Positions 12,005 through 25,283 of a stretch of 64,000 nt of DNA are shown here, one piece after another (position 1 is the stretch's first letter; each line of letters begins with the position of its first letter). Position numbers and translations under genes: made by a program. Below the pieces are notes generated by a model, which worked only from the letters and a program-made list of their open reading frames with translations, did no database searches and was not told the DNA's origin. This DNA is from Trichosphaerium sp. ATCC 40318 (lineage: Eukaryota > Protista > Tubulinea). The stretch is from assembly GCA_038496445.1 (NCBI GenBank), contig JALMLS010000539.1:1-64000 (forward strand), given 5' to 3'.

Positions 12005-14494
12005 ATGCAATCTTGGCTCTCACGTTCACGCTCGTGGCTTGCTCGTGCTACTGCACAAACACCACAAAAAAATAAACAACGCGTGGCGAGGAGCTTTTCT
12101 TCTGGAAGAATTGGCCAACCAACGCATAAAACGCATCCTCACTTGTTGAAAGAAGGAGAACGTAAGTTAGTAACTTAATTTTCTTTAATGTAACATTTGT
12201 TAGTTACGGTAGGCATACAAGCTTCAGAATACGCTCAAAGGCGCCAAAAACTTGCCAATGAGCTTCAAGATGATGATGTAGTTGTTTTATACGCGAACAA
12301 GCATGCGCAGATGAGCAATGATATCCCGTACGCTTAGAGATCATACTACACGCCTTTTAGCGCTTGAAATAATTTTTACAACATGAACAATGCCAAACGC
12401 CGTTTAACACGCTTCCTCTAGTTACTACTATCATCAAAATGTAGATTTATTGTACTACACAGGGTTTCAAGAGCCAGAGTCATTTGCTGTACTCGGTATG
12501 ACGTTTTTTTCAAACCAACTGATTGCCATTTAAAAAACCGCAAAGAGCTACTCTCCACGTTTTTTGATTTACATCTGACTTTAGAGAAGAGGTCTGGTAA
12601 GATCATATTTAACTTGTTCTTACGAGAGTACGATGCTACAAGGTAATTAAGAAGTGTGACATCTCAAACGAAATGACAGCAATTTGTATCATTTTGGCTT
12701 ATAGTTTACTGCAATTTGTTACATTTCTCGTGTAGTAGTGCTAATATGTTTATAAGAGAACTTTGGAATGGTCCATGTGCAGGTCTAGATCGCGCAGCTG
12801 ATATATTTGGTGCTGATAGGGTACGTTAAATGAAGAGAAACTTATCGCTTTGAAACTTATTGTTATTTGTAGGTATTTAAAAGCACTGGACCAGATGCTA
12901 AGAGAGCTCTTGATGAGCTTGTCAAACACAATAACACAGTTTACGTTAACACACCTATTGGAGGAGCACCAGAGAGTCAACCAAAAGTATCAATGAGCGA
13001 AGAAAACTGGCAAGATGGTGAGTGAAACCAACACGAAATGTTGTTATTTTAATTAACCAACGTTAGGTACGCCAGTCGTAGAGCGTTTAAGAATGATCAA
13101 GTCTCCTGCTGAGATTGAAGTTATGCGTAAAGCAGGTAGCATTTCCGCTAACGCTTTCAAGCAAGTACGTGCTCTCAACATCTATTACTCAACATTAATG
13201 ATAAAAAGGTAATGAAAGATACAAAGCATTTTAAGACTGAGCATCAATTATACTCTGCTATAGAGTATGAATGCATGAAGAGAGGATGTCAGAGATTAAG
13301 TTACCCTCCTGTCGTAGCTAACGGCGACAGTAACTTGATTCTACATTACATTGAAAATGATGATGTTTTAAAGTAAGCAAAATGAATTGAAAAAAAAAAT
13401 CAGCCTGATAGTTTTTGTTTTAACGTGACCTAGAGACAATAAATTAATTCTAATGGATGCTGGTGGTGAATATTGGAATTATAGTAGCGATATTACACGA
13501 ACATGGCCAGTTAATGGCCGCTTCACACCCGCCCAGCGTGAAGTTTATGATGCTGTACTCTCAGTAAGTTTTGTTATTTGTGTCACTTCATGATGTTTAT
13601 CCTTTCTTACTAGGTCAACCAACAAGTAATACAGAAAGTAAAACCAGGTGTAACTTTAAATGAGTTACATTCAGACAGTATATTTTCATTTTTGAAGCCA
13701 ATGCAAGACATGGGATTAGTTAAGGTAAATTCTCCTGTATTTGAACCTGCTTGAAAAGAAAAGAAAGAAAAAAAGAAAAAATGCGTTAATGTTATCTTAC
13801 AGGAGAGAACAAATGTTCAAGCTTCTTCAATCACAAGGTTTTATGTCCACTCTGTATCACACTACCTTGGTACGCTATACTAATATAGTTGGATAGCTGA
13901 AATTAACAAATTATCAAAATAGGAATGGACACACATGATACATCTACAATATCTCATAATATACCTCTAGAACCTGGAATGGTATGTTGTCTTTCTCTTT
14001 CTACGATCTTATTTTTGTTTAATTCTTTCCAAAACACCTATGTAGTTACCTTTAAGACGTTTGTCAAACAATGTTTTAAACAACAAACTTTTTCTTTGAT
14101 TTTTTTTTCTTTTTTACCTTGTAACTCTTTTATTCGTTTAGGTGTTTACAGTTGAGCCTGGTTTATACATAGGATATGAGGATGATATACCAGAAAGGTA
14201 CACAACATAATCTTCAACTCTAAAGAATTGTTTGTCGTTCAGTTTTTTCTTGAACTACGTCTGTTTTTCTGGACTTCTATTTTAAAATGGAAGTTTGTAG
14301 TACAGATTTGATTGATTCTTTCAGAAATTGAGCTTTGTTCTTGTAGAATAGCGCTCTTACACTTTTTCTATAGGTTACGCGGTATTGGCGTTAGAATTGA
14401 GGATAATATTCTAGTAACAGAGAATGGTTGTGAAGTTCTAACAAAAGAAGCACCAAAGGTTCCGGAAATGATAGAACAAATAATGAACAACTAA
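12005..14494 (+). CDS. XPNPEP3: Mitochondrial Xaa-Pro aminopeptidase 3 / Icp55 (M24B), multi-exon
   Basis: Arg/Ser-rich presequence, [85 protein letters not shown]. Confidence 0.92.
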
Positions 14495-14863
14495 AATAAC
14501 GCTAAAACACCAAAAACGCTGTTTTTTTTTGATTTTCGGACAAGTTTCTTAGACTTGTTTTTGTAATCGTGAGGCTAGCCGTGATTACCTCTATACCTTT
14601 ACGTTGTGTTTTGGGGCAAACCGACATAGTCCCAGAACGTATCGCGTTGACTGCTCCCAATTTAAGTAAGCGCAATATATACTTTATAAATCTGTGTACA
14701 ACACGCACGACGGGGTTTGGTATCAGTTTTGACTCGTTGACATCATCTACGCAATCGACAAATAAGGCATCAGACCTGAATTCTCCTTTTGACGAGGTAG
14801 CACGACTAGTATTAATTAGCGTATTTAACGCTCGTAGGTATTGTGTACAAATAGATAACTACT

Positions 14864-17800
14864 ATGAGCCGCATAACACTCGCCTGTGCCCGTAAATTGG
14901 GTATCATACTGTTAATAGCGCTTTGCATGGGTGCTACCAGTAACGGTTGCGCTGAGGTTCCAACAACCTTTTCCAGCATCAGCGACGCACTTGTACGTAA
15001 CCAATAAGAGAGCTTTACGCTAATATTGTATTATTACAGCAAGCTGGAAACGATTGTATTTTATATTTGGATACCGACCCTATCACTATAACCAGTCGTA
15101 GTAACGTCATAATATACAACAACGTAACGGTATGCGCTATTTAAGAGACTCGCCAGCCAAAAAAAATATAGAATCGGAAACTTACCTTTTGGTAGGATAC
15201 TTTGGATTCTATTGTTGTTGAAACATCTCAAAACATAACTCTCGTGGGGTTCAAGTCAAAATCACTTGTTGTTGAAGGCTCTATTGGTATAGTATTTGAT
15301 AGATTGTTGCTAAGAAAAACGACGTTTGCACCCAAAATTGCTGGTAGTATAGAAGATGGTACTTGCTATTCTTACTATTTGCTCTTCTTTTTTTGACTTT
15401 GTAGGTTCAAATGTCACCTTCACGAGAACTGTTATAGATGTAGCCCCTTCTAGTGTTGAAAGTATAGCAGTTATTTCAAGTACAGTGTATTTTGAGGATA
15501 CAGATATAGTAGCTAACTGCGTACGTGGATAAACTATAACGACATGATGGTTTTTTTTTGACTCACTTTTCTTCAATAGCTTGTTGCTGTTAATAGTGTA
15601 AACTCTTTTGTTTCGATGAACCATGTTATTCTTCGTGGCCTCGCACCAAGTAATAATACACATTATCATAACTTGAATGCTCACTTTAAGCTGTAGCACA
15701 TGTTATACTGCGGGATAGTAGTACTGGTGTTTTTGGTATGCTTTTCTTTCTTTTTTTTTTCTTCATTACTCATCATTAGTCTCTTACATCTTTATAGACA
15801 GATGCTCTTTTATTTCTTTAACGCCTTCTTACATTGGTATATAGTACGTTATATAAATTCATTCCCAGTTTAATGTGATAAGAAACAAAAAGTGAAAAAA
15901 AAAAATCACAACCAGATTTTGTTTTAGTCACTATTTCTCTTCATTAGCGACTTCGTTCATTATAATGTTAACTCCCTCTAATATTATAAAACAGTTGTCC
16001 AAATAATAATTCCGTAGAGGTGTACAATTCAGTTATTGACGGTCCTGGATTAGGTAAGTTATTCAATTTTTTTTGCATTGAGCTATTATGGCACTAATCA
16101 TTCTGTAGCTGTCTCGTCTTGTAGTGCAACTATGGAATCTGTTACAATAGGACATGGTACTATAATCAATATAACAACATATATGATAGCGTAGTTACCT
16201 TACTTTAAATTTAGGTGTAACTGACTTACCTTCCAATTACAGTTCATGGAAAAACATATTACTACTGAAGAACGAATCTTCCTACACTTCTTATTCAGAG
16301 CCAAACGAATCTTTTTTATTTTTAAATAATGAAGATGTATTCATAGACTACTTTACTTCGTTTGATTATAGATTAAATGGGTCAACAGCAGGAACAGTAT
16401 TTAACTTTACAGGTAAGCCATTTTTCTTTTCTTATAAATTTCCTGATTTTTCAATTAATTTTTTCTTCAGGTGCTGATACTTCTGTTCGTTTGTATGATC
16501 TTGGTACATACTCTGTTTCCATAAATTGGTTTTACTTATTATTTGGTAAGACAATAAAGTCCGAGATATATCAGTTATAGATGTCGGTGCTTTTCAATAC
16601 GTACAATCTTGATTTCGTCTTGCTTTCAAATTAATACCGATGTAATTGTTTATACTATCATAGCGTGATCCTCCACCACCTACTACTGAGTCTCCCACAA
16701 CTATGCCACCTACTACTAAGACACCGACTACTATGACTCCTACAACTCTACCGCCTACAACTGTATCGCCCACTGCGACCCCAACAAGGGCACCTACAAC
16801 AATTGTACCGAGCATATCTCCGTCAGGAGCGTCACTTCCTGTACCAACAAGTATGCCCACACAACCTCCAACGACAGGTATGTTTTCAAGAACTTTAACT
16901 CAGTATTTAACTCTATTAGCAAGCAACGCTTGCCTAGGAGATGCGCCCAATGAAAATGCCACGTGTTCCGATGGGAAATGGGCTATTTTTAACTTATCAC
17001 TACGACCTAATGAAGTATTCGTTTTGACTAACAATGTGATCATTGAAAACACTCTTGTGTCTACAAACACAAGTACTATTGTATTTAATGATGCCAACAT
17101 TGAGCTAAGAAGTATGAATTGTTCCGATAGTTTCTTCTTTTTTTCTATTTTTTTTTCTTTGGCATTTTGACGTTTGGATTTAGGCTGTACTGTTTTGAAT
17201 GGGCATGCTGTTCTTAATAGAACAACAGGTGTTTTAGACGGAGACAGAATATCCTTTGTTTCTTTTAATGAGTCACTTCGTAGTTGTATCACAGGTACAG
17301 CTTTTGATACAAAACCGAAATTCTCTGAACAGTTTTTCGTTTGGTTTGAGCAGCGAGATGATTGACGTCCTTGCCTATGATTTAACTCTTTGATTAGGAG
17401 ATTTTGTAACAGTTGATATTATTTCTCCTGATAAGGATTGTGAGACCATAACAGCAAAAGTAGAGCAAGAAACACGTGAGTACTTTTTTTTTTCAAACCT
17501 TTTTGAGTTTTTACCACTGCCTTACGTTTGCTTTCATTTGATTCAGTGCTGCTTTGTATAAAAGTAGTTTATTCCTTGTGTCTAATTCTCAGCCTATCAG
17601 ATCAACACGTGTTGAAGTTTTTATTTAGAAAGGATTGCTGCAATAGTAGATGTTGATAAATCATCATGTGGTTCATCAACTACCAGGAATATTGCTATAG
17701 CATGTTCGTGCATAATAATTATTATAGTAATAGTTGCACTTGTACTTATATTCCGGATTGATTGCTTGAGGCAGATTGTATTCCCTTATAGATACACTGC

Positions 17801-17951
17801 TGACGGAAGAAGACGTAAAACTGGAGCTGTTATGAATATACAGACACCAAGAGAGCATAAAGCAAATCCACCATTATCTAGAGAATCTGAAAAAGGATCT
17901 CTTATTGAGATGGAAAAAATAGAGAGGGAGATGCAAGCACAGGACGTTTGA
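14864..17951 (+). CDS. Type I membrane protein: signal peptide, beta-rich ectodomain, Thr/Pro-rich stalk, Cys module, TM, cytoplasmic tail; multi-exon
   Basis: Starts MSRITLACARKLGIILLIALCMG..VPTTFSSISDAL. PTT-rich mucin-like stalk at 16675-16877. TM IAIACSCIIIIVIVALVLIF followed by LRQIVFPYRY. Confidence 0.7.
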
Positions 17952-18909
17952 TGAAAAAACAAACAAGAGAAGAAGTAATTACAGATTGCAAAAGATTAAA
18001 TCAGTAATTACTTCTGAATCTGTCTCTACAACTTGACTTGTAATATAAATTGTTAGTGAATATGTTATAAACTTGTCATAAAACAAGAATGTTTGGCTTT
18101 TTTTTTTCAAAGAATTCCCACGCAGTTTTGTTCCCACTCTTATCGTTATTCTTACAGGGCTGGTTTAAAAACAGTTAGATCATGTAATAGTAGAAATGGA
18201 TCTACTGATGACAAAAAGGGAGATGAAGCCCCTGTTACCGATTTTAGAAGCGTTTTGAGTCGAAACAATTGAACTTTCGAAGAAAAAAAATAAAAAAAAA
18301 ATAAAGTCGGCACTCTCCTTTTTATCATCTATCACTGTTGCACAAGTACTGAATAAGAAAATTTATGCAATGAATCCACTATAAGGTTGATGTCCCAACT
18401 TACGCCATCCAATAGTAAAAACATAGTCGTAGGACTCAATATTGCAAGTGACATTGCGCTTGGTATTTTTTTTTTATTGCAACTGTACTTGTAGTTTATG
18501 TATGAAGTCCTATCTGGAAATTGTAATTTTTACAATAATATTTGTCGCACAATATCGCTTGGAAATAAGCGCTGGTTCAGATGGACATTTGGGTTAGGGG
18601 TGCTGAATAATACTTTGTTATTACAACTAGTTAGTATGTTGAAACAAAACTTGATAGGTGACACATGTTCATGTCAGTCATTCAGCAATGTCTTTGTTCA
18701 AAAGATAGTAGTACAGTATTTCACGGTCTCATTGAATGATTAACATTGGTTGCGCAATACTACATCCTAAATGTACTTATAGTAATATCACAGGTACTTA
18801 CACAATTGAATTCATAAGTTTATTGTAGTGTCACTTTGATTTGTGACGTTATTATTTATATATACGAGTTCCTTTTAATTCTTTTTCTAGTTCTCTTGTT
18901 ACTACAGTT

Positions 18910-20121
18910 TCAATTACGTTTATATATATGTTTTGTCCCAACAAGCGCTTTGATGCCTTCATTGGTTACTGGAGTATAGTTGAGGTAAATAGTATGAACG
19001 CCAACAAGTGCTTTAACACCTTCATCTGTTACTGAAGTGTTATTGAGGTTAATAGTATGAACACCAGCAAGTGGTTTGACACCTTCATCTGTTACTAAAG
19101 TGTTATCGAGGTAAATAATATGAACACCAGCAAGTGCTTTGACACCTTCATCTGTTACTAAAGTGTTATTGAGGTTAATAGTATGAACTCCAGCAAGTGC
19201 TTTAACACCTTCATCTGTCACTACGGTACGATAAAGGCTAATATAATGAACTCCTGCAAGAGCTTTGACACCTTCATCAGTTACTTTAGTATCGCCAAGG
19301 TGAATAGTATGAACACCAGAAAGTGCTTTAACGCCTTCATCTGTTACTGAAGTGCTATTGAGGTTAATTTTATGAACGCCAGAAAGTGCTTTTACGCCTT
19401 CATCTGTTACTGAAGTGTAACTGAGACAAATGGTATGAACGCCAGCGAGTGCTTTAACGCTTTTATCAGTTACTAAAGCGTTGGTAAGGTTAATAGTATG
19501 AACGCCAGCAAGTGGTTTGACACCTTCATCTGTTACTGAAGTGTTATTGAGGTAAATAGTATGAACGCCAGCAAGTGCTTTAACACCTTCATCTGTTACT
19601 GAAGTGCTATTGAGGTAAATAGTATGAACGCCAGCAAGTGCTTTAACACCTTCATCTGCTACTGAAGTGTTATTGAGGTAAATAGTATGAACGCCAGCAA
19701 GTGCTTTAATGCCTTTGTCAGTTACTGAAGTGGATTCAAGTACAATAGCATGAACGCCAGCAAGTGCTTTAATGCCTTCATCAGTTACTGTAGCACATTC
19801 GAGGTCTATAGTATGAACTCCAGCAAATTGTTTGATGCTGGTTTCGTCAAAATCACTTGAGCTAAGGTCTATCCAGGTGTTTTTCAGAATCCCACGATGT
19901 TTTACTACTGATTTTACTTGGTCTACAGTTTTAACCCTGATAGCGGTGTATCCGATAACGTCGTGAACAATAGAAGCGAATAAACGACAGGTTTGACAAG
20001 CTGCAAATCGTGATTTGAATGATGTTTGAAGCAAAATATGCGTTAATATCTCCGTAGGTAGATGCAACAAATTATTGCGTGCGATGTTGTCGATTTTATA
20101 ACGCGTTGAAATTAGAAGCAT
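18910..20121 (-). CDS. F-box + 21-aa leucine-rich repeat protein
   Basis: F-box LLHLPTEILTHILLQ..CQTCRLF followed by 14 tandem GVHTIxLxxTxVTDEGVKALA repeats in one open frame. Confidence 0.9.
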   Translation of the reverse strand: MLLISTRYKIDNIARNNLLHLPTEILTHILLQTSFKSRFAACQTCRLFASIVHDVIGYTAIRVKTVDQVKSVVKHRGILKNTWIDLSSSDFDETSIKQFAGVHTIDLECATVTDEGIKALAGVHAIVLESTSVTDKGIKALAGVHTIYLNNTSVADEGVKALAGVHTIYLNSTSVTDEGVKALAGVHTIYLNNTSVTDEGVKPLAGVHTINLTNALVTDKSVKALAGVHTICLSYTSVTDEGVKALSGVHKINLNSTSVTDEGVKALSGVHTIHLGDTKVTDEGVKALAGVHYISLYRTVVTDEGVKALAGVHTINLNNTLVTDEGVKALAGVHIIYLDNTLVTDEGVKPLAGVHTINLNNTSVTDEGVKALVGVHTIYLNYTPVTNEGIKALVGTKHIYKRN

Positions 20122-20830
20122 TGTATATCGTCTTTGTGATGGTATTAAGGACGTCTCTAATGGTTAAAATGTACTTTTATACGCCAATATCTAGAATGGA
20201 GGCGGTATGTGCTGCGAAAGGAGCGTTTAGGCTGTGATATTAAGGTACGAGTCAAGTTAAGCCTGTTCGTACAAAAAAAATTACGTAATTTTCACAAAAA
20301 CGTTGCCAATGACAACTGAAACGTGCAACGTCACCATGTTCAATATGCATGCTTTCCAAGTATTTCCACGAAGATATTCACAGCGAACTTTGACGAAATA
20401 CACAAATGTATTTTTTGATTGTGTATTTCTCTGAATGTACTAATGCTATCCTACATGTAAGGCAACGTCTCTCTTACACGTATTCTCATCTTTCGTGCCC
20501 TTTAACATTTCAACAACATTAATACCGCTACATTGGTTACCTATTCCAATAGTTTAAAAGTCAATTAGCACAAAATAAAACGCAGAAAGACGTTACAATG
20601 GTACTTATTGTCTTGTTTTGTTTTAAAACCAAGTTCACTCTTCAAACACTTCACTACACCGGTATGAGGTGAAAGACCTCCTATTGGAACTTCTTGTATC
20701 TATCAAGGATCCGAGTTGTATCAATCACGTCGAACCAGCAACACCAAAACAAAAAGTGGCTTCCTCACTATGTCGTATTACCACATGCAACGGCACAAAT
20801 GGGCATGGAGATATCAAGAAGTTGTATGTA

Positions 20831-21007
20831 GAAAAGTCGTTCACATATGATGAATTGATGAAACACTAATGATTCTCACGACTATCGTCAAATGATCAAG
20901 AATGTGCCTCAACTCATTCCAGGACCTGGTGGAAATCCAGGTGTATGGATTGACAATCCTTGGTGGGAGAAAGCATATTACAATTGGACCCAATTCTGCA
21001 TGTTACT
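20831..21007 (+). repeat. Left copy of ~180-bp inverted repeat (partner 24063-24242); frameshifted coding fragment
   Basis: Near-identical reverse complement of 24063-24242 (GAAAAGTCGTTCACA...TGGACCCAATT). Confidence 0.9.
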
Positions 21008-21305
21008 TCAAAAACCAAATTAAACATATCTTCTAGTACTGATGTACGTTCATCACATCGTGAAAGAGTGTACATCACGTGTATATTGTACCTTAATATC
21101 AGTCGATATGCTACTTACACATCACATGCCTTCACCATTTTACGTGCGATGGTACCCCAAAAGAAAACGTGAACTTAAGCAATTGCATTAAGTCTGTTTA
21201 AGAACAGTTTTGTCATTAAAGAATGACAATACTTACCGTTAATTTCGCGGGTTAATTTCACGTGTAAATAGTATTTAAAACAACATCTCTTGTACTTCAA
21301 TAGCA

Positions 21306-21849
21306 ATGCAACAATCTTCAAATATGTCCCAAGATTGTACTGTAGGCCAGATTATGTACTGATGGGATATTTAAGTTCCTACCGAATTATTACACCAGAT
21401 TATAGACCTTTCCGCAGAGGTATACATATTGTGGCTGCTACTTTGTTGTCAAGCTGCAGTAACAAGTAGATTTACTTTTAACTTGGAGAAACATGGCAAA
21501 TGGATTGGACATTGACTAAGGAAAAATGGTAGGATCATACAAAAGTTGGTACACTAATGGCGTGTTGAAAGAAACTTGCTTTTATGTCAATGGAGTCCGT
21601 GAAGGAGAGAATATAGCTTACTATGGTTGTAATCCTTACATAATTAGGGGTCATAACGGTCAATATATTAAGCCCTTGAAGCCTTTGCTAAAGAGAAAGT
21701 GCTTTTTTAGGAACGGATTACTTCATGGCGAAGTAAAGAGATGGTACAACAATGGTCGACTACAAAGACATTGCTTTTACGTTGATGGTAAGCTAGAAGG
21801 AGAGTATAATCAAAAACCCTTTTCTTTTATTGTTCTTTTTTTAATTTAA
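21306..21849 (+). pseudogene. Degraded MORN-variant (MORN_2) repeat gene
   Basis: GSYKSWYTNGVLKETCFYVNGVREGE and HGEVKRWYNNGRLQRHCFYVDGKLEGEY. The 5' part has stops and frameshifts; the 3' end runs into AT-rich sequence. Confidence 0.7.
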
Positions 21850-22543
21850 TTTGTAGATCGTTCAGTAATCTTATTTTAAGCTATTTCCGTCCTATTTGGA
21901 ATAGGGCAAGTACCAAAATGACTCCTTCCTCTGCAGAATCAAGTGTGTCTACTACAGAAACGCCCATGAATAATTTAATAAAACAGCAACAAGCAATACA
22001 AACTGTAGAATAAAAACGACAAATGTAATTTGTGTCATTAGTACGTAATATGTGAAACACAGAGTATGCTATGATCAAGTTGCGAAGTCAGTTTTGATAA
22101 TACGAACGTATCTCATAGTTGCAACATTCAAGCACTAGAGTGTAGGTGCATAAAAGCTCTTGGACAGCGCATGTAATCTCACATACTGAAATACGACTTC
22201 AGATCTTTTGTCTTTGTAGTCAAACTACAATTGCCAATCAGACCAGCGTGCTTACCTTTTCAAATATAACATTTCCAATAGCAACATGCACGCAGCACCA
22301 GCCAACAAGCTACTTTGACACATCGAAATATTTCCGCACGTGATAAACCGACCTATGCCTCAAAGCACGTGTAGGAGAGGTCATCGAACAATTTTAGCAA
22401 TTAACAAGGATACGAAACTAAGCCTCAGACAAAGCTCGAATTAATCAAAGCATGGCGAGGCTAAACGGTCATAAGCAATCCAGTGTTATTCGTAAATGTC
22501 GTCAAGCACTTTCTTGTTAACATTTGAAGCACTACCAAACGAA

Positions 22544-23843
22544 ATGGAGTCAACAGCAAGGTCAGTATTGACAATACATCTTTCCAAACTCTTGATTGCT
22601 AAAACCACGCAACAGATACGAAAATGAACCCACACGCCTTGTGGATCTCCCACCAGAACTATTAGCAATGCTTTTGGAGAAAACAACCGATAAAACGCGC
22701 TTCACCGTTGTAGCTTGTTGTCTAACACTCTCATCTATTATTCATAACATTATTGGGTTTAAAAGAGCAAATCTAACCAGAGTGTCAATGGTTTCAAATC
22801 TGTCGTCAATGCCAGGCGTACTCAAGAACACGAGACTTAAAATAAACCTCAAGTTTCTTAAATACGATAAAGCCGTAGAAGCTTTAAAGTATATTGAAGG
22901 TGTAAAACACGTTGACTTGTCACGTGGCATGGTAGTAGCTAAAGGACTAAAACACTTGTCCGGTGTTCATACTATTAGCTTGTCTTCAACCAAACTTAGT
23001 GGCTGGGGTCTAAAGTACTTGTCTGGCGTTCATGACATCAACCTTTCAAGTACCAAAATACGTGATCAACACTTAAAACATATATCTGGAGTCCATACAA
23101 TAGATTTATCTAACACGCGCGTAACAGAGTTAGCAGCACTTTCTGGAGTCCATACAATAGATTTATCTAACACACGCGTAACAGAGTTAGCAGCACTTTC
23201 TGGAGTTCATACGATTAACTTGTCACGTACAAAAATAAGTGGTTCTCAACTGGCGCATCTTGCTGGTGTTCATACGATTGACTTATCTCTTACACAAGTC
23301 GAAGATGTAAGCGCTCTCGCTGGAGTCTACTCTATAAACTTGAGACGTACAAAAGTAACTGAAAGTGTAAAGGCATTGGCTGGTGTTCATACTATCAATC
23401 TCAGTGACACTAAGGTAACTGATGAAGGTGTTAAGGCTCTTGCTGGTGTTCATACTATAAGCCTCGCTTATACTAAGGTAAGCGATGACGGTGTAAGCGC
23501 TCTTGCTGGAGTTTATTGTATAAACTTGAGACGTACAAAAGTAACAGATGAAAGTGTAAAGGCATTGGCTGGTGTTCATACTATCAATCTCAATGACACT
23601 AGGATAACTGATGAAGGTATTAAAGCACTTGCTGGCGTTCATGAGATATCTCTGAATTGTACTAGAGTTACAAATGCCGGTGTAAAAGCTTTAGCTGGTG
23701 TTCATACAATTGATCTCAGGTACACCAAGGTAACAGATGAAGGGGTACTTGCACTTATAGGTGTTAGTAATATACACCTTACAAAGACGGCTGTATCAGA
23801 TGATGTAAAGAAAGCTGTTAATGCCACAATCCATCAGTGGTAG
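22544..23843 (+). CDS. F-box + leucine-rich repeat protein (paralog of 18910-20121)
   Basis: ATG 22544 and intron 22561-22615 (GTCAGT..AACAG) give MESTARYENEPTRLVDLPPELL (F-box). Followed by tandem 19-21-aa GVHTIxL repeats. Confidence 0.88.
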
Positions 23844-24062
23844 GTAGATAAAATGTTAACTTTCGGCACCTTTATTTTTTTGTCAATTTTCTGTCAATGT
23901 GCTTTTTGATCACTTTGAATTTATTGAATTTGGTTGGTACTGTAAAACACAGTGCTTCTCAATACTGTATTCATCCATGTTGACATGTGTGATGTGAAAG
24001 TAATAGAAATATACAGTTTAGTGTGGTCTTTATTTGTGGCTTTAATTACAAGACGTTTCTAG

Positions 24063-24242
24063 AGTTACATGCACAAATTGGGTCCAATCGTAATATGCTT
24101 TCTCCCACCAAGGATTGTCAATCCATACACCTGGATTTCCACCAGGTCCTGGAATGAGTTGAGGCACATTCTTGATCATTTGACGATAGTCGTGAGAATC
24201 ATTAGTGTTTTTCATCAATTCATCATGTGTGAACGACTTTTC
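24063..24242 (-). repeat. Right copy of ~180-bp inverted repeat; lies in ORF 24042-24329, which resembles a Di19/RNF114-type zinc-finger remnant
   Basis: Reverse complement matches 20831-21007. Translation FRCPHCLEKSFTHDELMKNTNDSH...PGPGGNP. Confidence 0.85.
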
Positions 24243-24545
24243 AAGGCAATGAGGACATCTGAATGAGAAGTTTCTGAGTGTCTGTAGCCCTAAAGCAAGA
24301 GCCAACACGTGTAATAAGCGATGGCGCACACGTAAGGAGTGATAAACAATCTAATAACACGTATAACACGCCAATACTAATCATGGGACTACGGTATTAT
24401 TTTTTAAGTTGTTAACTAATAAAATGACACGTGACGTAGCTATTATCATTTAATTATAAAGTACACATCGCTAAAGAAACAAGGACAACCCCCACACCTT
24501 GTATACTACTTTGACGACTCTAGAAACGCTACAACAAAAGCCTTT

Positions 24546-25283
24546 CTAGAACGGGAAGGCGGACATGTTATAGACAGGTACAAATCGAAGTTTTTTAGAC
24601 TTGAATGATTTAGAACTGTTTTGTTTGAAAGACCAATAAATATCATTGTTAGCGTGAGAATTTAATGATACGGTTGTTAGATGCTTGTTGTTTTCTCCTA
24701 AGAACCTTAAAGCACTATTGAAGAATCCAACGTTTCCATTAAGTAAGAACGTTTTAACTTTTGAAAGTGACATGATGAACTGATCTGTGACGCTTTGGCA
24801 GCGCCTAACGTTCACGTGTTGAGCTTCAGTAAACGACATTAAATAGTCGAATTCTACCGGAAACGCAAGGAGCGTGTTGTTCAAGAACCCAGGCCTCTTG
24901 GCGATGTGTTTGTTTTCGTCAGTAACGAGCAACTGTTGGAAACTTGTGAAGTTAATATGACATATTAAAAAAAAAAAGTTTGCCTTCACAGTTTTTAACG
25001 CTTACCCAACAATGTTATTGATTATCTGGTTCCATAATCGACAAGTACGAATAACTGATTTTCTGGAGCCATCCACACGTGATAGTATATTTACGTTCAT
25101 CTCTGTAGGAAGTGATTGTATCGTAGTTTGAGTGACCTACAGACTTGTTAGCATAACGTGATTCAATTTGGAAAGGTTTAAAAGTACTCCAGGAGATATA
25201 GAACGCTTGGCGTCTGGCGTTATTTTCTAAAGGACAAGAAATTAACAACAAAGGGATACAAGAAGCCGTACTTGTTTTTCCAT
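24546..25283 (-). CDS. F-box protein with short divergent LRR region, 3 introns
   Basis: Spliced MEKQ/KITPDAKRSISPG/VTQTTIQSLPTEMNVNILSRV..RTCRLWNQIINNIVG/FQQLLV..PGFLNNT..HVNVRRCQSVTDQFI. Confidence 0.7.

Noticed and set aside
18930-19830. Regular 63-nt repeats resembling a CRISPR array
   Set aside because: They are in-frame coding LRR units with no unique spacers and no cas genes, in a eukaryotic context.
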